Source: Octopus sinensis
Taxonomy: Eukaryota
DNA: 64,000 bases
Assembly (NCBI RefSeq): GCF_006345805.1
Contig: NC_042997.1
Span: 64,232,001-64,296,000 of the forward strand
Direction of reading: 5' to 3'
Positions 53,772-64,000 of this stretch are shown here, in pieces (position 1 is the stretch's first letter; every line of letters begins with the position of its first letter). Below the pieces are notes generated by a model. That model saw only the letters and a list, made by a program, of their open reading frames with translations, was not told the origin of the DNA and searched no databases. The translations under genes were made by a program, and so were the position numbers.

Positions 53772-56700
53772 TAACATAAAATTTATGGAAAGCTGTTCGT
53801 CGTACATTAAAGTGACGGGAATACAAACAATCATTTTAAAGATATTCAACTTTTGAATGAACGAAGTTTAAGCATTCGATCAGTTAGCAATGTAGATTGG
53901 TTTGGTATTAATGATTTCCAAAGTTTTGAATATATTGATTTCAAATTTGGCACAAAGCCGGCAAGTTCGGGAGAGAGGTAAGTGGATTACATCGACCACA
54001 GTGCCTGATTGGTACATACTTTATCGACCCTTAATATTAAAAGGCGAAGTCGACCTCAGCAGAATTTGAATATAGAACGCAAAAACCGACGAAATGCCGC
54101 TAAGCATTTTGTTTTTGCGTGCCAACGACTCTGCCAACCTGCCATTTTATAAGGTGTGAATATATTGCTGAATCATAGCATTATATTCCGATACTAAAAA
54201 CCAGAAGACACGTTTATGTGAATTAACGAAACGTTTAATTTTGATGATAATGTAAATCTTTGTATGATCCACGAATAAAAAATAACGATACTAATGCGTT
54301 ATTAATTCTTTGATGTATAAACTTGCTTTGTCACACAAACTCATGATCTGCGGGATGAATTCTGTTGTAGATAAACCATAATGCTGTTATCAGCTCTATG
54401 AATCATACATTTGTTCATTTTACCGTCTATATATGGTACAACGTTTGGTAATATTACTTATGATATATAAGATTCTTGCGCAAATTCAGATTATTCAACT
54501 TTCGCATAATATCACAAGAACAGCGCAGTTGCATAACTGGCAGGTGAAAACTGAAGTTTTATAAAAATGTGTAAGACATCAATTTCAATATTTCCCTCGG
54601 AAAAGAAAAGCGTAGTTTTAAAAATTCATTGAAAAAACTCAATTACTTTACTAGAATATCATTAATAATTCTGTGTTTGATAATTTAGAGAATTTGTTTT
54701 TGTGAATTTTCATAGGAAATATCGAATTTAAAATCACGTTCATTGTTGTTCAAGAATAGAATTCTATTAACAAAAGAAAATGAAAGCCACGACTATGCTC
54801 ATTTAGTTTTCCATTTTGGAGACATAATTCTCATTATACATATTACAAATATTTTAATCAGTGCACAAAGAACTCTAAACTTGCCCAAATTTTTGATAGA
54901 TTTTTATTCCTGTTTCTATAAAGTTTTGTTTTGTAACATTTTTTGGGGTTGATTGTTCAGAAATTTCTTTGACAATATCAAGGAACGCAATATTTATCTT
55001 ATAATAGATTTATTATTCATCTTGTTTATTAATTTTATTCTATCAATTGATTGCGAACATATTCTACTCACATTCATAAAACATGGGATCTGTATACGTT
55101 TAATATTTTAAATCAAATATTATGATTCATACTTTATGAGAAAATATACATATAAAAAAAATAAATAACCTTAAAGGTATGAAAATTAATTTCCGTTGTT
55201 CAAACAGTTTTACATAACCCATTTGTAAGGAATGCTGTAGTATAATTGATTAAATTTAAACAGCATTTTATTCATTCTAATTTTGATTGAACTGATATTA
55301 AAAACAATAAAACTATATAAATGGTATCTTAATTAAACATGCGGGGAGATTGCAAATTATTTAGTTAAAAGGAGTCTAACCTTCTTGATAATCTATGTCC
55401 TTTATCTTTATTCAATAACAAATGTAATTTATTACGAACAAATAAATATGTTAAACTGAAGAAAAATGGCCTATGATTTACACTGGGGAACAGAGAATTC
55501 TTGTGGTATTTGCGTATCTCTGCAAAGTGTTCTATTTAAAAGAAAAACTAAGTGCAATGGAATCTAAATTTAGAACCTATTTCACTAACGAAAAATTTAT
55601 CAGAAGGGAGATTGTGTGGTCTTCCCAATAAATTCCATTAATAATAATTTTCCATGAGTGTGAAATTTAGTAACAATGTTTAGTTTGCTCATCATATTGC
55701 AGAAAATCGATGTCTATAATTCTACAACATATATTGTTACCCCCTTGCAGTGAAAGCAGTTGAGTATTTTAGAAGCGCAACTGAAATATGTGAGCACCGT
55801 ATACCGTTTCTTCTGCAGGAGTAATATCATGAAAGGCCAGATATTTTGCAAAAGCGTGAACACTATTCATAATTTCAGAACTTTAGTAATATGTAACCGC
55901 AATCGAAACAAGTTTGTAGGAATCTCTAAATTAAGAGCTGCATATTTTGTATTTACTAGAGTAATTTTCTATGTTTACGTTGCTGTTGCGTGCCTACTAT
56001 GAATGTATGAAATTGAGTTTTGTCGTACTTAGTAAACAAGTGGGAATGCTTATATTACTGCTAAACATTCATCTTGCTATATAGTATATAAACAAAAGTT
56101 TACAATAAATTTGAGGGGCTCGCAGTAATCACGTGCGTATTAAAATATGTTGGACAAGGCTTAGCATGGTTAGCATTTCCCCGATTGTCATTATTTAATT
56201 ATATTTCTTAGCCATTCGAGATTCATAAAATTACAATCCATCCCAAGGGGACGTCGATAAGGAAAAACCTTTAATTAATGTTTGTTGTAACAATATAATA
56301 GCTACAGCTAATATAGCGCGCTTCAGTACTTTTGTGATTTGAAATATTGTCCTCTTCCCGAAACCATTTTACTATATACCCAGAAATACACACGCACATA
56401 TATGTGTACATGCGTGTATGTGCCCGAACACGCGCACATATTCCAAATTTCAGGCGTAAGGATGTTGTTAAATGATTAATTTAGAACACTTTGGTGAAAT
56501 TTAAATGGAGGAAACAATTGCTAACGTTAGTATTATTATATTTACCACGGTAGCTGAGTGAGCTAGATCTGTTAGAATATCGGAACACCCTTTTATATGA
56601 TATATATTCCGAATTTAAATAATTTGAGTTGAAATAAAGCGGCGTGCTTGATGAATCATTAGCAGATCGGGAAAAAAGTTTAGCGGCATTAATATAAGAT

Positions 56701-59599
56701 TCTGGTGAACTTTTCTGATTTCAAAAGAGCAGCTGGAAGTAGTCTCATTTGACTTTTGGTAAGAAATATTCCAAATTGGTAGAGACTACGATACCCTCTT
56801 TTATTTTATTGGGACCATAGACCCAGCTTGAGTCGCTTTCGACGAGAAATATCGAATAAACAAAGTTCACATAAATATCACCTACACGCTTAAAGAAAAT
56901 AGAACGCTAACGAGACCAGTCACTTAAGCAGCCCGCCTACTCTTTACATTTTCATCAGCTAGATCACCGCCAACTCATCGAAAGTGCCCGATATTATCTC
57001 TAATAAGAGCGATGTCAACACTTTTCCAACAAACGATATCGAAAATCCTGTGCGTAAATTTTCTCCTGACTTTCAGTAGATCGGGCTAAATGTGCGACAT
57101 GCCCACTCTAAAGAGTAATACGATACGAAGGATATAACCTGCAGTAGCTGCTTACACCAGGAGTCACTCAGAGAAGTAACTGATGTTCTTTTTTCTTAAA
57201 ATCTGTTTCATCCACATGACACCAAGAAAAATGGCTACCCAGAGCCATCTTCGAAAAATAGCTTTTGATTGGCAATTACCGTTGATACATACTTGCAGTG
57301 ACAAAATAACTGAATACACCCCGCTATTCACACTCATATTCACATACATATAGGGTTGAGTCCTATATATATATCTACTGTCTCCAAAGCTTCTCCTTAG
57401 TCGGGGTTTAGTCTATCGAAATAATAATAATTTTATGCCAAATTTTTACCACATATCTAGAAACCAGATACACAGGGTAGTGTAGCAAAACTTTTACCCA
57501 CACAAAATATGAAGAAATTTATTTCTTTGTATTTGCAACTACTTCATTAGCTTCGTGAAGTAATTTTTTCTTTTGCCAGAAGTACATCGTACCCTGCAAA
57601 AGTACATACTAAAACATTTGCTTTGAGTATGGAAGAATAGAAAGGAAATTGTATGGAGGAATACAATTCCAACATGCTTCAAAAATATATAGAATAGAAT
57701 ATACATATACTTAGATGAATATATATTTATACACACGCGCACTCGTATATCACACATACAAGTTTACGCACTCACACACACACATTTATACACACATACA
57801 CATACATACACACACTTTATATACATAGGCATGTTTAAGAGGAAATGAATAGGAGACTTGACCTAAACAAATATACATATACTATGTAAGAGGCAAATTG
57901 TAATTAAAGATGATAACGAAATGTATTAACTTCTTTCGATTTCCTTTCCGAATACTTTATAATATGTCATTAAACAATTTACACCTTAAATAATCACCGC
58001 AATTTCTATTTCCCTGTCTGCAGCGTAGCAGTCAAATGCTGGAAGGGAATCAATACTGGGAGTGCATTGATGCTGGAGTTTATACAAAAATAGTTCTCTA
58101 TTGTAAAATGTGTCACTTTAATTCCAACTTTTTTCTTAACTTTTAGGCGGCAATTTTTGTGACTGACAAAATAACATACATTATGTATCCTGATTTGTGA
58201 TGCAAATAACTCTGACTAAACTAACTCTAATCGTGTATATATACTCTAAAATGCAAATCTATTTTTGACTGAGATAATATTTAATGTAATATGATTGTTG
58301 GCAGCAACGATAAATTACAGTTGGTAACTAGTAACTTTCCTTTGAATTCGGAATCGAAATCTCATCGAAATCAACTATCAGCTCCATCCTTCTCCTCCTA
58401 ATACAAATATTTCCAGTAATCGATTGCTGGTTTTCAAAAATCGGCAAAGACAAATTTGTGCCTCTATTAGAAAGTTATGTTGCATTTTATTGAGGGCAGA
58501 ATTAGTAGTAGGCTAGAGAAATTGCTTCGAAGCACTTTCCGAATTTACATTCTGAGTTCTAATTCCCATGAAACCTTTTCTTGCATCCATTATGAGTCGA
58601 CAAAATATGTAGCAGCGGGTCGATGTAACTTACAAAATATATAGTTAAAATAAGCTTTTATGTACTATTTTCGCTTGTGCATTTTTGTGTCAGGATATCA
58701 TATGAATATATTTGATTATTTTGGGGGGATTTAATTCTACCAGGGGGCTAGAAATAATCAAACATCTTCAACATGCGCTTTCGCAATCCATCAATAGCGA
58801 CAATTTAAATTCTGTTGAAAGAGAACATATAACGACAGGGAAGCTTTACATTCAGAACAGCATTCTAATTAATAGCATACAAATAAGATATCGCACTTAA
58901 AAAAGAGGTAAATATAATGAATCTTATACAAATGATAATTGTAATATAAACGCAAACGCTCATTACACCTTGACATATTTGCCCTTTTACGAATAGGTTA
59001 AGGCATAATCTTATCGTTTATTCCTAATTCGTTGGTGGTCATAAATGAAAGAATTATTATATCCCGTAATCGATTTTACTCACAACCAATTTATTTTGCT
59101 ACTCTATAAACTTCATTACAATTATATTTTTAATGAAGACCAAGAACATTCTTTCAGTGAAATACGCAGTGGATTAATCAAACTGAATATTTGTGATGCG
59201 CTCGTTTTAATGACACCCGAATGATGAAAGTTAAAGTCATCACCGAGAAGATATGATCCTTATGAAAAAGATGCATCTAAGTACTTAGAACATTATTCAT
59301 GTTTGTAGTAACGTTGGCATTTTATTATTCAGAGATGATCAACTTTAAAATATTTAGTAATTCACACGAATTGTCCTTAACTCTCGATTTCGGCTGCTAT
59401 GTTAGCTAACGTTGTTTCAGGTTTATTTCATATCCTTAATGGGAAAAATAATGCAGAGAAAAAATAACGGTGGCAGAAAACATATCAGTATAAGTGATTA
59501 TGAACGAAAAGCCTCAGTATTTTTACTACCAACAGCTTGCTTGTGGAATAACTTAAACGCGGATAAACGTCAGCTACTAAGTAGATTGTTAGAATTATT

Positions 59600-60050
59600 A
59601 AAGTGTCAGACAAATGACACGCGGCATTTTTATCACTCAACCGTCCGTAGCAAAAGTGACTCTAACTGCTTTATTTTATTTGTTTTGGTCTCAAGAGAGA
59701 TTCTACTAGAACTTTACCTAGAAATCACCAATATAGCCAAGCGTGTAATAATGGGTGGCAAAAGGAGAGCAAATGCTATTGTCGCAAGATAATGCACGCC
59801 CAAACACGGCTGGATGCCCATACTGTGGATATTATTGAATAATTGGGTTTCGAAATGCTGGAACACATTGCATCCAGTCCAGATCTCATCCATTCAGATT
59901 ATTATCTCTTTATGCGCCCGATAATTTGCAACCGAAAACCTTTCTCTCTGATGGAATAATCACGCTTGTAGATCGCTTGCAGATGTGCACCGTAAAGCAA
60001 GGAATTTATGTCGGAGGATGAAGTAATTTCTTCGACCACTGCTTTTCTTT
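59600..60050 (+). mobile_element. Decayed mariner C-terminal fragment
   Basis: caagataatgcacgccca (QDNARP), LGFEMLEH, SPDL..SDYYLF. Confidence 0.7.
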
Positions 60051-60849
60051 TAATAAATTACAGAAACAAGAGTGCCTATAATTGTTGAACTACGTATATA
60101 TTTTACAGATCTGTGCAACCGGCACAATTCAAATGCGGAAATTAGAATGGCATAACTATACACATTCAATATTTTTTCTTTGATTACATCTACATTTGGG
60201 ACAGCAAATTCGATTTAAACGATATTACATCCTATTTTCCAAATATTTTATCGACCCCAAAAGGAGTGAAATTACAAACAAGATGAATCTAAACTACGAA
60301 CCTATTAAAATTTAAATAAACATTGAAAGCATTTGATTACAAATTCAAATGCTTCAGTTAGTCAATATATCGCAAGCCTGCAAGTTTCATGACGTAATCA
60401 AATTAATCGATATCAGTACTTAACAATCATTTAGATCATCGGTATTGCCTGCATGTTAGACAAGTTAATCTCTGTGGGTTTGCAAAAGCTATTGTAAAGG
60501 AATAATATCTGATAATCTGGTAAACAAATTAAAGATATTCCTGTTTGTCGGAAGGCGCAGGCAAGTTCTTAAATCTCATTTCCCCAATCATAACAGTGCC
60601 TAAAACACATTGAAGACTGCGTAACTTTCCTTTGGGAAGGAGCATATATCGATTATATCCATATGTAGTTCAGCCCTTGAGAGGGAAGTAATATATTGAA
60701 GCCTGCATATGAAATAATTTATACCTTCCACGAATATTTTTATAATACCCTTCTAATACAAGTACGAAAAAAGAAACGTTTTGCAGAGGGGATTAATTAA
60801 ATAAGTCTAGAAAGTGCCTGTCGCATTTAATCGATACCGGGGAGATACG

Positions 60850-63800
60850 AGGCAAAGTTGAGAACAGTGTCATTTTAAATCTGAACAGCTGTGCAGAGAT
60901 ACAAACCACCTAAAGGTTTTCTGCCCACAACAAAAGGAAGAGGAGAGACCTGCACTTTTGACAACATCATCACCACCACAACCACCAAATACAACACCAC
61001 CACCACCACCGTCGCCACAACAAGAACAACAACAACAACGGCAGCAGCAGAAGCAGGTGACTGCCGATGCAAAGACAACAGTACCAGTAGCAGCACTATC
61101 TGCAATCACATAAGAACCGACAGTTCTAGCAGAAACAACACCAAGAACAACAGTGGAAACATCAGAAGAAAAATAATCAACATCGACAGCGGCGAAAGCA
61201 AAAACTCCAGAATCTCCAATATAACAACACAAAATTTATCAACAGAAAAACCACAAAATCTCCGCAAAATCTGCACCTGAGACATGCCCTGCGGTGATGG
61301 GAAGAAGGACCGAAACTGGCAAAATATTCAGAGTTTGAAAAAAACCTCAATACCGTCATCAGCACAAAAAAACTGACAGGTATAACCAGAAGGGGGAGAT
61401 GCCATCTAAAACAGATAATCAAATACATCCCACACTAGTACCGTCAACAAAAACATCGTCCTCATCACTGTCATCACCACCACTATCACAAACACCACCA
61501 TGATGAAAATAACCCAGTTCACACACAGCTTCCAGATCGCACATCTCAACACCAGCAAAAATCAAACATGAACCTGTTGAACTATACAGCAATACACCCC
61601 AAGAAAAAAAAAGCTAATGAATCACACACAACCGTCACACACGCCGACTATATAACACAGAGAAACAGCACAGCAACATATATTAAACTCTTACAAACAT
61701 CACAACACATATATAACATCATGGAATCAAAATACCAAGTAAACCTAAATATATGGATATATAAAGAACTGTTCATAGAAACATCCACACATACCAATGG
61801 GGACGGGACATCCGGCCCTTCCTTGACAACTAAATCACAGTAAGTACACTCTGCCTCTTCTATACTTTAATCTTACATGACCATGCTCTGAGTAGGCAGT
61901 ATAAATGCACATGGCCTGGAGTCATCTTGGAAATAAAGCCATCTATTCAACGACCTCAGATCATTAATTGTCGATGTAGTGGCTATCAGTGAAGCCACAC
62001 TCACCGAAAGACAAGCTTTCATGCCCATTTCCGGTGGATACGTGATATATTCATCTCCATGTCAACTGCAAATGGCATATGGAACGGCGGTTTTAAGCCG
62101 GAGAGACCTGAATCTCAAGATAAGGACTATCTTTCTGAATCCAGAAGGTAAGTTAATAGTTCAGGATGTGAGCAGTAGCGACGAGCATGCCTTTAAATTG
62201 GTGGCTGTTTATGATCTGACAGGCCCAGAACAGATGGACATTTGCCGACGCCTAGAGATTTTCCTAAACATTTTTCGTCCCTTAGCGAACTGGAACGCTG
62301 TCTTAGATCCACGTTTAGACCGTGTGGTGATAGCGGGTAGAAGAGGGGGTGGAAAAGCCTCGCAAACCTGCTCAGTCCTTTTCAGCTGTCTGGCAGATAC
62401 TGGCTGGATTTCCCGAATGTTCTAATATGGACCTGGTCTAACCACCTCGGGTCATCCAGGTCGTATCTACATAGACCAATATATAAGGATGGTATAAGTT
62501 GCCCACTTTATAAAAATTGTCGGCTACACAGACCACAAATTAGGTCAACTGAGAATCAGTAAGCGGTTACTGGTGGCTCAATGCGACTCTCCGGCGTGTC
62601 AAACGCACAGAGACAAGATTTGCGAATTAGTTAACCGAGGGGTCAATCCTCAGTTACAGATGGTCTTATGCCCTGAAAAGAGCAATTAGAATAGAATTGA
62701 TTAAGTTTAACAACGCACTAGCAATAGAGAAAAATAGAATAAAAGGAAACCTAGATAGGAACTAAGAAGATGCGCTCAGGAGAGCATTGTAACTGACTTG
62801 CCAAGCACGTGGATTGAATTGTCAGAACTGAAGCAGGTGCTCTAAAAAACGAGGGAACGAAAGCTGGTTGGTGGGCCCGAGTGGCAGTTGCTCAATGTGG
62901 CAACAAAGCTACAATTCGGTCTTTGGTGTACTTAATTGTGCGTACGGTATTTGACCCCGAGTAGATATGTGCGGCGTTTAAGCGGTACTTCACACAGCTA
63001 TTTGGGACGAATGGCGGTCCGGAACGCAGGATGGATTTAGTGCCTACCTCGATGGCATGCCACGACTCACGACAAGAGGGGTGAGGCGTTCCGAAGTGCT
63101 GATAACGATCAGGAAATACAGGATGGACTTCATGCTGAGCAAATCACTTATCTTGGATCTACGAGCTTTGCTATTATGTAACGGACTTGTTTGGCGGCCT
63201 TTTAGCATATGTCTACAGCAACTAGCAGCATAACATGAGAATTCCTATTTCTGTGCACTGCGTAACGGTTGCACCACTGAGAAAATATTTTCGGCCCATA
63301 ACGTTCTGAATGATGACTTCAAAGCTTAGGCCAAAGTGCTAGCGAAGAGATTGACGCTTGTCGTCGAGGAACTGATTGGATATGCGCAAACGTGTACTAT
63401 CCCCAGAGGATTCATTCAAGACAATCTCCAACACATGCGACACATAATAGATATGGTGGGTAATGAAACTGGTATGGATGGAGATTAGTTCAATTTGGAT
63501 CAATCTCAAACCTTTTGAAAGGATAGACAAGCAATACATGGCGGACGGTTTCGCTCCAGTTCCCCGCTGCTGGATTGCACCTATGTACATCTGCATCTGC
63601 CCGGTATTTCGGGAGAATTATTACCTATCAGAAACGTTCAGCGTTACCAGCTCGGTCCGTCAGGGTCTTCCCTCTCCTCTCTCCCGTATATATTGGCTCT
63701 AGAGTCACTGCAGCAAAAATTGGAGATGTTGAGCGGCATCCCACAAGGACTAAGACGTGGGAGAACCGTGTCAACTTACGGGGACCTGAAGGGCACTGCT

Positions 63801-64000
63801 CTATAAGAATATGAGGCTGTGACAGTAGCAAAAATTAACCAGGAAAAGTCAGTTGCCTGCAACTTGGCAACTGAAGAAGAAGGTCCTTGCCATTCCAACA
63901 GCGTCGTGGAACTCTAAACGGAAGGACTGCTCAAACTGCAAGGGTCCTGGTTCAGTCCAGATCTCCAGGTACAAAATAACTGAGAAGAGGTGGCGAGTAG
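60850..64000 (+). mobile_element. Older, heavily decayed Tx1/L1-clade LINE related to 17077-21918; continues off the right edge
   Basis: Knuckle remnant CRDTNHLKVFC then a T/P/Q-rich tail; APE VGSINAHGL (~61892), LNPEGKLIVQDV..FKLVAVY; RT AKVLAKRL, QTCTIP..QDNL, SVRQG, GSWFSPDLQ. Confidence 0.85.

Overview
AT-rich, microsatellite-saturated animal genomic DNA; the SINE and microsatellite content suggests a cephalopod (Octopus-like), which is inference. No host protein-coding gene can be identified with confidence. Almost everything recognisable is a transposon relic: stacked R4/Dong-type RLE LINEs in (TAA)n tracts, two Tx1/L1-clade LINEs, Penelope-like (PLE) fragments, RTE fragments, mariner elements (one full-length with TIRs) and tRNA-derived SINEs. 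The most notable structure is a nested 6-kb block at 16218-22261. It is a young 358-bp tandem repeat whose unit folds as a type I hammerhead ribozyme (retrozyme/PLE-pLTR-like, with an inverted 5' copy). A near-full-length Tx1-clade LINE has inserted into it with an 18-bp TSD overlapping the ribozyme's outer stem I, and the whole block splits the 3'UTR of a Dong-type LINE. Two further unrelated minimal hammerhead families occur at 24021-24061 and at 39056-39095/46630-46669; the latter has a compensated U3-A8 core.
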